From Dendrobates tinctorius (taxonomy: Eukaryota), in the NCBI RefSeq assembly GCF_039654945.1, contig NW_027361692.1:16182001-16246000 (forward strand): DNA of 64,000 nt. Direction: 5' to 3'. The notes beneath the pieces are model-generated. The model was not told the origin of the DNA, ran no database searches, and saw only the letters and a list, made by a program, of their open reading frames with translations. The stretch's first letter is position 1, and each line of letters opens with the position of its first letter. This document shows, piece after piece, positions 1 to 13,684 of the stretch. Made by a program: the position numbers and the translations under genes.

Positions 1-78
1 ACTTACAGTAAACAAACTAAGAATTATATACTGATACAGATGGGAGAGGATCCTGCCCTTGTGGGCTTACATTCTACA
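1..78 (-). mobile_element. L2-like LINE 3' end fragment
   Basis: CCTGCCCTTGTGGGCTTACATTCTA resembles the reverse complement of the conserved L2 3' terminus (TAGACTGTAAGCTC...AGGGCAGG). Confidence 0.45.
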
Positions 79-638
79 GGATGGTTTTGCTCAAGAATAT
101 CCCTATATTTCGCACCATCTATCTTCCCCTAGACTCTGTCCGTTTTTCCTGTCCCTGCTGCCAAAAAACATGTTTCACTGTGGGAATGGTGCTCTTAGGG
201 TGATGAGCTGTGTTGGTTTGAAGCCAGATATAGAGTTTATCTTGGTGCAAAAAGTAAAATTTTGGTCTTATCTTACCACAGAACTTTTCTCCATACATTT
301 GGGGAGTCTCATACATGCATTTTGACAAAATGAGCCTTACAATTTTTGTGTGTAAGTAAAGGCTTTTTTCTGCCCACTCTTCCTTAAAGGTCATCTCTAT
401 GGACTGTATGGCTTATTGTGGTCATATGGACAGATTCTCCAGTCTCTGCTTGGGAACTCTGCAAATCCTTTGGGGGTACCTTTGATCTCTGTGCTGCCTG
501 TCTTATTAATGCCCTCTTTGCCCTGGCTGAGAGTTTTGGTGGGTGGTACTCTCTTGGCAGGTTTGTTGTGGAAACATGTTCTTTCCATGTTATGATAATG
601 AATTGATGGTGCACTGAGGGACCATTAGAGATAGTGAT

Positions 639-953
639 TGTTGGCAGCAGATTATTCAGGATACCCTCCAAGCATCTGGCAACAGAGCTTCTTTATTTAG
701 GAACAAACAGGAACAATATATGATAAGCTTAATAGATCAGGAATAAATCATTTATGTGTCTCTATCTGTGCAGCATGTGCATCAGGCTATTCCTCTCATA
801 CACAGACAGAGGAAAAAAAGGAAATACAGTCACATGCTCTCCCTGTGTGAGCCTCTGGGAGTTTTGTTTTTTAGCTTTATAAACAGCATACAAATCTAGA
901 AACTGAACACTCATAGACAGGAATGGAGTTGTTGCACCAAACATATTCCAACA
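639..953 (-). mobile_element. Short solo LTR
   Basis: TGTTGG...CCAACA termini; degenerate 5-bp flanks GTGAT/GGGAC; minus-strand TATAAA and AATAAA; interrupts Tc1 sequence. Confidence 0.6.
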
Positions 954-1139
954 GGGACTTTTTTTTATAACCCAACCATGACTTGTAATTCTCAACAACT
1001 TTGCTCCTTACTTGTTTGGAGATCTCTTTGGTCTTCATGGTGTTGTTTAGTTAATGGTGCCTTTATCTTAATTGTTTTGCAGCCTATGTGGCCTTTGAGA
1101 AAAAAGGTGTGTATATACTGACAGACCATATGACACTTA

Positions 1140-1731
1140 GGGCCCCGTCACACATAGCGACTCACCAGCGATCCCGACAACGATATGAACTTGTCAGGAT
1201 CGCTGGTGTGTCACTACATGATCGGTGGTGAGCTGCCAAACAGGCAGCTTCACCGGCAATCAGCACCAGTGGCGACGAGCGCGCGCGCGTCGCTGTGTAC
1301 CTTAGATACCAGCATGCTGGTGCAGGGAGCTGGTAACCAAGGTAAAAATGGGGTTTCTAAGCGCCATGTGGCACTTAGAAACCCGCTGTTTACCTTGGTT
1401 ACCAGCTCCCTGCACCAGCGCGCTGGTATCTAAGGTACACTGCGGGTTTCTAAGCGACACACGGTGCTTAGAAACCCGCTATTTACCTTGGATACAAGCT
1501 GGGAGCTCGCTGATCGTTGCTTTCCCGCCTGCCACATGCAGCGATGCGTGCTGACCAGTGGGAGAGCAACAATCAAGAAAAAGTCCAGGGCATTCGAGCA
1601 CGATCAGCAGGGGGGCCGGTCACTGTTACCTGTCACACACAGTGATATCGCTGGTGAGATCACTGTTGCGTCACAAAACTTGTGACTCAGCAGCGATCTC
1701 GCTAGCGATCTCGCTGTGTGTGATGGGGGCT
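1140..1731. mobile_element. PIF/Harbinger-type MITE
   Basis: TTA TSD on both sides (1137-1139, 1732-1734); imperfect TIR GGGCCCCGTCACACA / AGCCCCCATCACACA; internal repeats. Confidence 0.75.
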
Positions 1732-1918
1732 TTAGATTGCACACAGGGGGACTTCCTTTCACTAAGCATGTGACTTTTGTAGGTAACTGCTTGCAGCATA
1801 CATTTTTAGAGGATTCATTTCCAAAGGGATGAATACACACTGTATGCACTTGCCAATTTTTAGTTATTGAATCGCACAAATTTAATTTATGTCTATATAT
1901 TTTTCACTTCACCAGCAA

Positions 1919-2320
1919 AGGCTACATTCACACAGTGTTATTTTATGTACATTTTAAGCTGCTTACAAAAATAAGGTTTTGCTTTGTTTTTTACTTTGTT
2001 TTTGTTGCATTTCTTATTGCGTTTTTGTCATGGTACAATTGTCTCTTCTGCATGCTGATAAAGTTTAGTGCATAAAAATAATGTGATTCATCAGGTTTTG
2101 GCACCAAAAACGCAGCAAAACTCGATACCTGCATTTTTTGCTGAAAAAAAACACTGAAAGAAGTGACATGCTGCAATTTGCAAAAACATAGCTCTTTGAC
2201 AAAACAGGAAAAAACAACAAGGTGTGTGCATTAGATTTCCGAAATCTCATAGACTTGGTTCTTACTGTGAAACGCAGCTGAAATTTTGCATAAAAACACT
2301 GCAAAAATATAACATAGCTT
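1919..2320. mobile_element. Degenerate Harbinger-type MITE
   Basis: Starts AGGCTACATTCACAC and ends ...AACATAGCTT; internal (TGCGTTTTT)-like repeats; Tc1 sequence resumes after it. Confidence 0.5.
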
Positions 2321-3139
2321 TAAACTATTTAGTGTTGATGCATAACACACAAATTGGATTACAAAAATATATAAACACAGGTTGTAAGGTAACAATTCTT
2401 TCGCAAGCCATTGTAAATTAAAATTGCAACCTATAACTTTTTTTAAGGTTTCCCCAGTCTGTAAAGAATAACTGTTTACCTACCTAATATATCCAGATTG
2501 TCTGTATAACCTTGTCTACTGTTAGATCCATGAAGTCTTAGGACTGGGCACACTGTAATACAAGCAATGACAAATATAAGTTACTTTTAGACAAGCACCT
2601 AAAGGTATAAATGTTGTCAATGAATACATTGTATAGTACTAAGTAAAAACGATATATATTATGCAAATGCTTTTACTTATTGCTTTTTTTAAATACTGTC
2701 ACTAAATAATAAACTGAGATGCAAAAATAGCAAAGCTCCTTTTGAAATTTTAAGGGACTGATATTTAATTTTTAAGAATTTCTGTTCCTAGAAATTTATC
2801 TTTACTCTATGAAAAAAAGATACGCTGAGATCAATAGTAGGCATAGTGTTTAGAATGGTGGTTTGGAATTTAAGCATCAGAAATCTGAGAATATAGACTT
2901 CACCATAGTAATGTTGTCATACATATCAATTCCATATCACAAAATCATGCAGAATGAAATTACACTTTGAGTTTCAGAACAAAATGTCACATTGTTATAT
3001 AAACTTAAAACCAAATCTGCAGTTAGTTGCTTCTGGAGAAATTAATTATGTTTACGAGCAAATTCTAAAGCAGAATATCTTCCAAAGTTGTGAACACAAA
3101 AGCTCTACTAATAGATCAGTCTAGAAGAGGTTGCACATG

Positions 3140-3369
3140 TAAACTGAAAGGGAGAAGATACAGATTAGATATTAGAAAAAACTTTTTGACATTGAGGGTA
3201 ATCAATGAGTGGAACAGGCTGCCACGAGAGGTGGTGAGTTCTCCTTCAATGGAAGTCTTCAAACAGAGGCTGGACAGACATCTGTCTTGGATTATTTAGT
3301 GAATCATGCATTGAGCATGGGGTTGGACATGATGACCCTTGAGGTCCCTTCCAACTTTAACATTCTATG
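3140..3369 (+). mobile_element. CR1 LINE 3' fragment
   Basis: Encodes ORF2 C-terminus (RLDIRKNFLTLRVINEWNRLP); closely matches 36052-36280; ends ATTCTATG. Confidence 0.9.
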
Positions 3370-3800
3370 TCATTATCTAAAAGTGTGATCAGACAACCAT
3401 CTAATAATGACATTTATCATTTACAGAGAATCTGGATGGTCCCATACTTGTTAGATTTCAGCTGCTCAATTCATTTCTTTTTTCAGGTGTCTGGCAGTAG
3501 CTTACTACTTTTTTTCCACTGAAAACACATGCATGCTTAGCAGAGCTGAACATGCATGTGTAAGTAGCAGCTTTGCCAGCAGCTATCAAATGTATATTGC
3601 CAGGCTTTAGCAGTGAGATACTATTAAACTATAATGCGCGCCATTATCTACAAATAAAGACCAATGATCCATTTGCCAAAGATGGTTACTTGCTAAAACT
3701 ACTTTAGTAATACTAGTCATGGAGACTGCGTCTCACCAGCTTCTTCTTCTTGGCTTTGCTTGACTGGCAGTTCTCTTCACATACACACTTAAACCCATAA

Positions 3801-4270
3801 GGCCTCTTTCACACTTCAGTTTTTTACAATCAGTCACAATCCGCCAGGTTTTGAAAAAAACGGATCCGCAATTTTCTTTTGAGGATCCGTTTTTTTCCCC
3901 ATTGACTTCCATTATTGGCGGATTGTGACGGATTGCCGTACGTTGCATCCGGTTTTTTTGCGGATCCGCCAAAAGTTGCCGTCCGTCACCATCCTCAAAG
4001 ATTTCAAAACGGAGCTTGCAACGTTTTTTTCTGTGGCGGATCCTCCAGACACTCATTTGACCCGAAATTCTTTCTGGGTGCCGGACAAAAAAAAAAATCT
4101 CTCTCTCTCTCTCCTTTTCCAGGCTGCGATTCCGTTAAAATTCTTCATTTGTCGGATCCGTCAAAAAAACGGACGGGTGCCATCCATTGTCATCAGTACT
4201 AAAATGGATCCGCCATCCGTCCTTTTGGCGGATTTTGACTGATGCAAAAAACTGAAGTGTGAAAGGGGCC
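3801..4270. mobile_element. PIF/Harbinger-type MITE
   Basis: TAA TSD; 24-bp TIR GGCC(T/C)CTTTCACACTTCAGTTTTT; internal CGGATCCG palindromes. Confidence 0.85.
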
Positions 4271-4375
4271 TAAGGAGGGACCTTTGAATCTAGCAGCACT
4301 GAGCAGAGACAAACTGAATAGTTTCCCATTTCAAATTTTTAATGGAATGGCATTCCAGCATTAAATATGTATATC

Positions 4376-5202
4376 TGTAATACATCCTGTCTCTGATTGC
4401 TGGTTCACCGGGCAGGTCTGCCTTAAGATATTGTGAGGTAGCGCCGTCATTCAAGCAGGGGATTATCGCTTAGCCGCCACAAAACCATATCCGGCACGGG
4501 TTTTCCATAAAACCATTACAGTCCATGTGGTTTATTTATGCAGCATAAACCAAAGCAAGCAACATAAAATTCATATCAGCATAGCGTCCTTGACAGAGCT
4601 TCTCTCTGTCCTCCCTGTGGTCACACAGGTTGGCATACACAGGCTCTTCAGCCTCATAGTTATCTCACCCACGTCCGTGTTTCCTCATGGCTGTTTCTCC
4701 ATGCTGCACACATCCATTCCCTACAGGGAATCACCAGGCACATGCAGCCATTACACACAGCCACTCCACATGCTGTTAGCCAGGAGACACATCTCCCAGT
4801 GGGACCTTTCACAATGGACCAACCAAGTCCCTGCATTCACCACATGTGACCTACCATGGCCACCTTATATGGTCTGTAGCCACGCCCACTGGGTCACATG
4901 GCTATGATCTCATCACAGGTCCTTGAACCATTCACACACACTTTGGAATAGCGTTCTTAAACACACCCCCTGGGTGGGTTTGTAGGTAACTGGGCATGCC
5001 CGTCTCCCCAGTTACCTGGAGACTTCTCCCTGACACATTGACACAACACGTCAGCAGTATCACTGCTGATCAACACACACATCAGTCTCCATCTCAAGGC
5101 CACCCACCTTGAGCTACATAATGGTCATTCATGACTCTGCCATTCATCCTCTCTCCTGGGACATCCACACAGTGCCCCCTAGTGGACACAGTGGTCATTA
5201 CA
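4376..5202 (-). mobile_element. Probable solo LTR
   Basis: TGTAAT...ATTACA termini; GC-richer block; minus-strand AATAAA. No clear TSD. Confidence 0.45.
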
Positions 5203-5379
5203 CCACAATATATAACAAGCAATAATATGTAATAAGACAATATGTAATGTAATAATAATTTAAGTAATAATATATAATAAGACAACTCAAGTACAGAATA
5301 AAAAAATATTTAGTACTGAATATTTCATGGAGGCAAATATTTTTTCCACAACAGTATGTTAAAATATAGATGCTGTTAA

Positions 5380-5790
5380 ATGGAATCTTTCAGCAGGTTT
5401 TTGCTATGTAATCAGAGAACAGCATGAAGAAGGGGTTAAAACATAGATTTCAACAATGTGTCACTTATCAGGCTGTGTGCTGTTTACTTACAATAAAGGT
5501 TTTACTACCTGGCGATTGTCATTGTCTGGGACTACATGGTACATGTTTGCTAGGCCAACTCCGCCCCATCCTGTGATAGCAGCTAACTGTCTGTACACAA
5601 AGTATATAAAGAACCTCGTGTGGGCGAGGTTAGCTTTCTCAGCTCTACTTCATGCTACGTCTAAGAACTCTGATTGTGTCACGGCTACTGCACCCAGTAA
5701 ACTAAATGATACATCATTGGAATCAGGGTCTCTCTGCCTATATTATGTTGCTAACAGATAAAGTAGCAAAAACCTGTTGACAGATTCCCT
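5380..5790. mobile_element. T2/Kolobok-type MITE
   Basis: TTAA TSD on both sides; TIR approximately AGGGAATCTGTCAGCAGGTTTTTGCTA. Confidence 0.8.
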
Positions 5791-7055
5791 TTAAATATGG
5801 TGATGCCTGTGACTAATAATGCAGGTACTGCATGGGATCCTTGTGTCTTAATAGTAGCAACAAAGACCCAAGGCAATGAAGCCATAAAACTATCATTTCC
5901 AAAATAAATATCAGGATGGAACTTCCTGCACACTCAGTGATTTGCTCTGTCATCATTAACTATATAGCCAACAAAACTTGCTAATTTAAAAAAAATACCA
6001 CTGGAAGAAAAAAATCAGATTACTATTCTCAAGAAATATAGTTTTGATTGAATAAACCTTCATGCATTAATTGGTGTAGATGCCAAGGGAGCTAGAAAAA
6101 CATACTGGAAGGAACATGAAAACAAATTAAAACATACTTAACTTTGAACAAATGCAATTCCCTAGACAACAGACAACCAGTACAGCACCCTGTTCTCAGC
6201 GAATTATTACTTAATTATGTCACACTTCTGCCACAGAATATTTTTATGCTTAAAGCATTTCTAGTAAAGTAATAAACCTCTTTTTGAGTGTAAGCATTTT
6301 AGTTGGAGAAAAGGTTCTATAATTAGGCTTACATGCAATTACATCATTCATGAAAATGTGAATAGATTACATGTACAATACTAGAATACTTAACCCACTT
6401 TAGGCTTTATGTGGATAATTGGAAAGGTGTTATCTGTTATCATTAACCAATAAGGGTATTTGATTTCAAGTTTCTAATTTTTAGGACATATTATGGAAAA
6501 TTGCCAGCCTTGGAAATCATAAGCGGAGCCTAGGATCCCATAAGATAAGGTAATTCACACAGCTCCTGTCTACCTCCAGAGACTACTGACCTTTACCATG
6601 ATGCTGGGTCACAAGAAGTGACCTTTTCATCTCTACTCAGTATCTTTACACAAGATTACATTAAATTAGCATAAAAAAAGTTTCAGATTTTTTCACATAC
6701 ACCAGAAGGGCAAAAGCTACACCTCTTAATGAATTTGGTGAATCTTATATCAGCTTGGTCTTTATTAAAGGAATTATCCAGGAATAAGTAATTGATTACC
6801 TATCTTTTGGAAATGTCATTAATATAAGATTGAAATCCTAACACATTAATTGTTACCAAGTCCCACAACCAGTAAAAGTACAAAGTGTACTGCTCTAAAA
6901 CACCACAGGTGTGGTGGGCACTACTTCTGGTGGTTCATGTAATATCATTCTGTCAATGGTCACCTGGCATCTCAAAAATGGCTACCATTGACAGGCTTAG
7001 CGCAAGCCACTCTGCTTACCAAATCCCAGGGGTTATCATGGCCTTCACCCTTTAA

Positions 7056-10000
7056 CCCTTTCACCTCAAAGCCTGTTTTCACCTTCCTGACCAGGTCAAT
7101 TTTTTCAATTCTGACAACTGTCACTTTATGAGGTCATAACTCTGGAATGCTTCAAAGGATCCCACTAATTCTGAGAATGTTTTCAAACTTTCAATTTTTA
7201 TGCCCTTAAATCAGAGAGTCGTGTCACGCAAAATAGTTAGTAAATAACATTTCCCACATGTCTACTTTAGATCAATCTACTTTAGATAAGTTATGTTTAT
7301 TTATCCTTTAGTTGCTTCACAGGAATTAACAGAATGTAGAAGGAAAAAATGAACATTTAACTTTTTTTCCCACAAATTTTTCTTTAGACCTATTTTTTTT
7401 ACTTTTGCAAGAGTAACAGGAGAAAGTATATAATTCAATTTGTCGTGAAATTTTTCCTGTGCATGCAGATATTCCATATGTGGGGGAAAAATACTGTTTA
7501 GGTGCACAACAGTGCTGGGAAGGGAAGGAGCGCCATTTGACTTTTTGAATGTAAAATTTGCTGGCATAATTAGAGGACGCCATGTTGGGTTTGGAGAGCC
7601 ACTGGAGTGCCTAAACAGTGAAAATCCCCACAAGTGACACCATTATGGAAACAAGACCCCTCAGGGGACTTATCTAAATGTGTACTGAGCACCTTGAATC
7701 CTCAAGTGCTTCACAGAAGTTTATAAAGTTGAGAAGTGAATATAAAAATTCACATTTTTCCCACAAAAATAATTTTTAGTTCCAAATTTTTAATTTTCAT
7801 AATGGCAACAGGAGAATTTGCACCATACAATTTGTTTTGAAATTTCTCCTGAGTATGCTGATACCCAATATGTGGAGGAAAACTAATGCTTGGGATCACA
7901 ACAGGGCTTGGAAGGGAAGGAACGCCATTTGACTTTTTGAATGCAAAATTTACTGGAATAATTAGCAGATGCCATATTGCATTTGGAGAGCTCCTGATGT
8001 GCCTAAACAGGGGAAACCTGCCATATGTGGGGGTAAACACACGTTTGGGCACATGGCAGAGCTCAGAAGGGAAGGAGCGCCGTTTGACTTTTTCAACGCA
8101 AAATTGGTTGGAATTGAGATTGGACGCCGTGTCGCATTTGGAGAGTCCCTGATGTACCTAAACAGTGGAATCCCCCCACAATTGACCTCATTTTGGAAAC
8201 TAGACCCTTCAAGGAATGTATTTAGATGCATTGTTATCACCTTGAATCCCCAGATGCTTCACAGAAGTTTATAAAAATAAAAAAAATCACATTTTTCCCA
8301 CACAAATTTTTTTAGCCCCAAAGTTTGCATTTTCACAAGAGTAGCAAGAGAAAATGGACCCCAAAATTTGTTTTGCAATTTCTCCCGAGTATACAAATAT
8401 TCCATATATGGTTGAAAATTACTTTTCATGCACAGTGCGAAGCTCAGAAGGGAAGGAGTGCCATATTACAGTGCAGATTTTGCTGTACTGGTTTGAGGAT
8501 GCTGTCACATTGGCAGAGCCCCTGAGATGCCAGAACAGCAGAACCCTCCATAAGTGATCCCATTGTACAAATTACACCTCTCACTGAATTCAGCTAGCGG
8601 TGCAGTGATCATATTGACACCACAGGTGGTTCACAAAATTGGGCAGTGAAGAGAAAATCATTTACATTTTTACCACGAAGATTGAGTTTTAGCCCCAAAT
8701 TTTACATTTTCATACTGGGAAATGGGTCAAAATTTGCACCATAATTTCTACTGAATGTAGAAATATCCTATATTGGCTGTACAGTACTGCTTAGCCACAG
8801 CGAGATTAGGAAGGGACAGAGCACTATTTGCCTCCTGGAATGCAGATTTTCCTAAAACAGTTTGCGGACTCCATGTATGGAGTCCCTAAGAGCTATAAAA
8901 GCAGAATCCCCTTCAATTGACCCCATTGTAAATTATACCCCTTTGGGAATTTATCTACAGGTGTACTGACAATTTTGACTCTGTGGGTGTTTTCTAGAAA
9001 CAAGTAGTAGTGGATGCTGCAGAGTGTAAATTGGAAACTGCCACTGAAGTGGCCAGTTTGTTGAAGTGACCAGTGCATTATGACCATTTCATGCTTCTGG
9101 AGATACGCATCCATAAATTAGGTGGGTTCTCATCACTACAGAAATGCCAAACATGTGGGTGCTAAATGTGGCTTAGGCACACTATGGGACTCAGAAGGGA
9201 GGGGGCATTTGAATTTGGGAGTGCAGAATTTACTGAATTTCTTTTGAGGGATGAAGAGCCACTCATATTCCAGAGCCTTTGCACTACCAACAATGTGGAA
9301 GCCCCCCCAGATGACAGACCTGAGTGGGGAATTGTTTTTTTTTTGATTGAGTTGAAGCTTTTATTGTGAACATTTTACATAACACTTAGGATCACCTTTA
9401 TCCGGCGCTTTGCGATGAGCATTCACTTTGGGATTTCCATCTAACTCTCCAAGTGACATGATTAAGATGAAACCACCAAGTGATCCATGCACTATAATAA
9501 GGCAGCAGAGTTACTCTGTACTCCGTATGGCCTCTGTTTAGCCTTGTCCTCCTTTTAAGAAGTGCCCAAAACTGTGACTGACTGCGTAAGTCTAAATATA
9601 TGGTCACTGCCGGGTCCCAGGTTCTATGGCATCCACAGTGCCTCCATCTGCCTCAAAATACTGAATCTTCTGCCGTGGGTTTCATCTGAATCACGTATTT
9701 TAGATATTTACATGGAAAACCCAAATGTAAGTGCCCAACACAGGATAAATGTGAGGGGAACCTTACTGTGATCTTTGGCAGGAAGAATGAACAAACCAAC
9801 AACCTGTGAAGAATTGGTTTTAGGTTTTATTTATTTTTTACACCATTCCTCATGTGGTAAAAGTGACTAGGCAACTTTATTCTTCGGGTCAGTGTGATTA
9901 CAGCGATATCAAATTTATATTGGGTTTTTATGTTTGGCTGTCACACACTAAGACACTTTTTATTACAAAAACTAGACAGCTATAATTTTTCTATAGTTCG

Positions 10001-10805
10001 TCCCACAGTCATGTGATGGCTTATTTTTTGCGGGACCAGTTATCGCTTTTATTGCAATCATTTTCAGGCACGTGACATTTTTTGATCGATAGCTATTCCG
10101 ATTTTTGAGAGTTAGAATGAACAACAAACAGCAATTCAGGAAATTTTTTTATACTGTTCCACTTGTGGTAAAATTGATAAGGCAGCTTTATTCTCTCAGG
10201 TCAGTATAATTGCAGTGATACCACATATATATTTTTTTTATGCTTTGGTGCTTTTCCACAATAAAATCTATTTTAGAGAAAAAAATCACTATTTTTGCAT
10301 CGCTTTATTCTGAGAGCTATAACTTTTTTATTTTTCCGTTGACGTAGCTTTATGGTGGCTTGTTTTTTGCTGGAAAAGTTGATGTTTTCTGCGGGACCAT
10401 TTTTAATTACATTTGTCTTTTTCATCGCGTTTTATTGCAGTTTTTGCTCGGTGGTAAGATGATTTAGCATAGGCTTTGCCTAGCTTTTCATTTTTTTTTT
10501 TTACAGTATTCACTCAAGGGATTAACTAGTGGGACAAGGCAAATACCAAGTATGTATACTTTTCTTGCTTATTTTTTTACATAAACATATTTATTGGATT
10601 AATATTTTTTTCATTTTTTGTCCTTTACTTGGAGATTTCATTTTTTATATTTTTACATTTTTTAAATAACTTTTTTTAACCTTTTTACATTGTTATCATC
10701 TTTACATTGACAGATCGCTGATCTAATGCTCTGCAATACTTCAGCACTGCAGAGTAGCAGAGCAGCGTCTGACAGGCAGGGGAGGATGCGTATCAGCTCT
10801 GCTCT
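7056..10805. mobile_element. Large non-autonomous TTAA (piggyBac-like) DNA transposon with diverged internal tandem repeats; right end not found
   Basis: Begins TTAA|CCCTTTC. Motif AAGGGAAGGAGCGCCATTTG recurs at ~7520, 7913, 8068, 8449, 8811, 9197 (mostly 360-390 bp apart). No coding capacity. Confidence 0.5.
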
Positions 10806-10807
10806 TA

Positions 10808-11190
10808 GGCCTGTTTCACACATCCATTTGTCACCATCAGTCAAAATCCACCGTTTTGCCTAAAAAACCGATCCGCCATTTTTCTTGGTGGATCCGTTTT
10901 TTTCCCCATTGACTTGCATTAACGGTGGATTTTGACTGACAATCGCCCATCGCAACCGTATTTCTGCGGATCCGCCAAACTTTTGGCGTCCCCTGACATG
11001 ACTGGACGGACAATGCAACATTTTTTGTGTGGCCGGATCCGCATTTTTCCCACTTGCTGGAGATTTAACTCTAAATCCTGTTCTGACTGCTGGAGCAAAT
11101 ATCTCTCTCCTTACCGCGGATCCCGTGAGATGCCCGCTCTCGGTTCCCAGATCCCGCGAGATAGAAAACAATACAAATGATTCTCTCCAG
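10808..11190. mobile_element. Partial Harbinger MITE, related to 3801-4270
   Basis: TTA|GGCCTGTTTCACAC start; shares GGATCCGTTTTTTTCCCCATTGACTT with the 3801 element. Confidence 0.6.
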
Positions 11191-12478
11191 CTGATATAGC
11201 ATGTTATATTATGACAATTTATGTGACAGTTCTTTTTGGAAACAGCTTTGTGATATGCTTAGTTTACTTTTAAATAGCACTGTTACACAAAGTATTAACA
11301 TGCAAAAAGTTTGTAATAGTTGTATAGACTAGAGCAAAAACTGCAGTATTTTCTGCAAAATGTATTAATTGCTTAATTCTACTGATCTATTTAAGCACAT
11401 TGCCTAAATGTCAAGTCCATCCTTATGTCAGTTAAGTAAATATCTGTTTATGTTATCAGGTGCATTAGAAGTTTAATAAAACTATTTGGGTTTAGAGAGT
11501 TTTTTGGTGATTATTGTATTTACTTTTTAGGTTAGTTTTTCTTAACATTTTTTAATATGGTAATTGCTCAAAATTAATAATCTTTAATAAAGTATTGCAA
11601 CAATTGATTACAATAATACATATAGTCATCACTAGAGTTGAGCGACTTTTGGTTTTTTAGGGTCGTGTTTCGTTTCGTGAAACCCGACTTTTCCAAAAGT
11701 CGGGTCGAGCAAGATCGTCCGATTATAGGGAAAAGTCGGGGTCGTCCCGAAACACGAAACCCAATGTAAGTCAATGGGGAATAAAAGTCGGCAGTGAGAG
11801 GAGGACAGGAAACACACCTACAGTGCCCATTTGAATGCCAAAAGCATCAATTCTTCTTACTTAAGCTTGTCAACCTTAATTAACTTCATAATATAAGTTA
11901 CACACTGAAAAATGGGGGTTATTTGGCTAAAGTTGTGGGGGGGGAGGGCTGGCTGCAGGTTTTCATGTGCCCTGGGCGAAAGAGCGCCCCTTTAACACAT
12001 ACCACAACTCATCATGCTCCGATACGGCAGATAAATAGCGGTATAGTACAATGAAAAATACCTCACTTTTTACATCTCATGACGAGGCCCATCTATTTCT
12101 CCATACAGAATCATTGGTCCCATATAATGTTTGAAACAGTATATGATGAGCTCCACATAATGCTACAGTATATGTTGGTCCCCATGGATGAAGCTCCACT
12201 GTCTTATGGGCCCAAATAATGCTCCAAACATAATGGGCCCCATTTCTAATGCTCTAGTGTATAATGGGCCCTGTAAATGCTGCTCCAGTGTCTGATGTCC
12301 ACCTTTGGAATGTTCCAGTGTATGGTGGGCCCCATCTATCATTCTCCAGAGTATAGTGCTCCCCAAAAATTGCTGTCCCAACATTGAAAACAATCAAATA
12401 AGTCTCCTCGCTAGGGAATCCCTGTACTTGTCTGGACAGGTGCTGTAGCTTGCTTAACAGCTCGCCAGCCGTTCTCAC

Positions 12479-13262
12479 GCCCAGTATGGATTGCATGTGA
12501 TTGCACAAAGGTTAGAAAGGGTACCGTATCCCTGGATAACATGTATGTATAGCGTACACATTCAAAATATATGTCTATACAGCATGAGGCAGGCTCAGAC
12601 GGTGTTAGGCCCAGTATGGATTGCACGTGATTGCACAAAGGTTAGAAAGGGTACCGTATCCCTGGATAACATGTATGGATAGCGTACACATTCAAAATAT
12701 ATGTCTATACAGCATGAGGCAGGCTCAGACGGTGTTAGGCCCAGTATGGATTGCACGTCATTGCACAAAGGTTAGAAAGGGTACCGTATCCCTGGATAAC
12801 ATGTATGGATAGCGTACACATTCAAAATATATGTCTATACAGCATGAGGCAGGCTCAGACGGTGTTAGGCCCAGTATGGATTGCACGTGATTGCACAAAG
12901 GTTAGAAAGGGTACCGTATCCCTGGATAACATGTATGGATAGCGTACACATTCAAAATATATGTCTATACAGCATGAGGCAGGCTCAGACGGAGTTAGGC
13001 CCAGTATGGATTGCACGTCATTGCACAAAGGTTAGAAAGGGTACCGTATCCCTGGATAACATGTATGGATAGCGTACACATTCAAAATATATGTCTATAC
13101 AGCATGAGGCAGGCTCAGACGGTGTTAGGCCCAGTATGGATTGCACGTGATTGCACAAAGGTTAGAAAGGGTACCGTATCCCTGGATAACATGTATGGAT
13201 AGCGTACACATTCAAAATATATGTCTCAGGAGGCAGGCTCAGACGGTGTCAGGCACAGTATG
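12479..13262. repeat. 130-bp tandem repeat, ~6 near-identical copies
   Basis: Unit CCCAGTATGGATTGCACGTGATTGCACAAAGG... recurs every 130 bp (12491, 12621 ... 13141). Confidence 0.95.
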
Positions 13263-13311
13263 GATTTGACGGCCCAGATTACACAGCGGAGGAGCAGGGA
13301 GAGGTAAAGAT

Positions 13312-13518
13312 TGCAAATGCTGGGGCCCTGCCCAAGCAAGGGGGGCCCACTCTTGGGCGTCGGGACTGGCACTGGGCCCCTCATAGTACAGCGGTGTGTC
13401 TGACGGCGGGTGTGCACCACCACCGTCAGAGACACTTGATTGCACTATGAGGGACCCTGTGCCAGTGCCCGTGCCCAAGAGTCGGCCTACCCACCTGTCC
13501 AGGGCAACGGCACTCGCA
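13312..13518. other. ~205-nt imperfect hairpin downstream of the transposase stop codon
   Basis: Arms ACTGGCACTGGGCCCCTCATAGT / ACTATGAGGGACCCTGTGCCAGT; homologues at 42007-42210 and 48614-48817. Confidence 0.85.
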
Positions 13519-13684
13519 CGGTGTCGTGCGCTAGGTGGTTACCCCGGCCATGGGGGGGAGGCAGCACAGTTAGGGAGTTTTAGAAAGTGGCATATGTTGA
13601 TGTTGGACATTCAGCTGATGCAAAAGGCGAAATAGGTGAAGTACCAGGAAGAGGTGGACCAAAGTAAGCCATTTTTCTGTCACC

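Larger units (their letters stand above)
79..2413 (-). mobile_element. Degenerate Tc1/mariner element with three nested insertions
   Basis: Minus-strand ORF pieces carry Tc1 motifs (PPKLSARAKRALIR, TIPTVKH). Tc1-type terminus CAATGGCTTGCGAAAG at 2413 followed by TA. Interrupted at 639-953, 1140-1731 and ~1919-2320. Confidence 0.75.
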
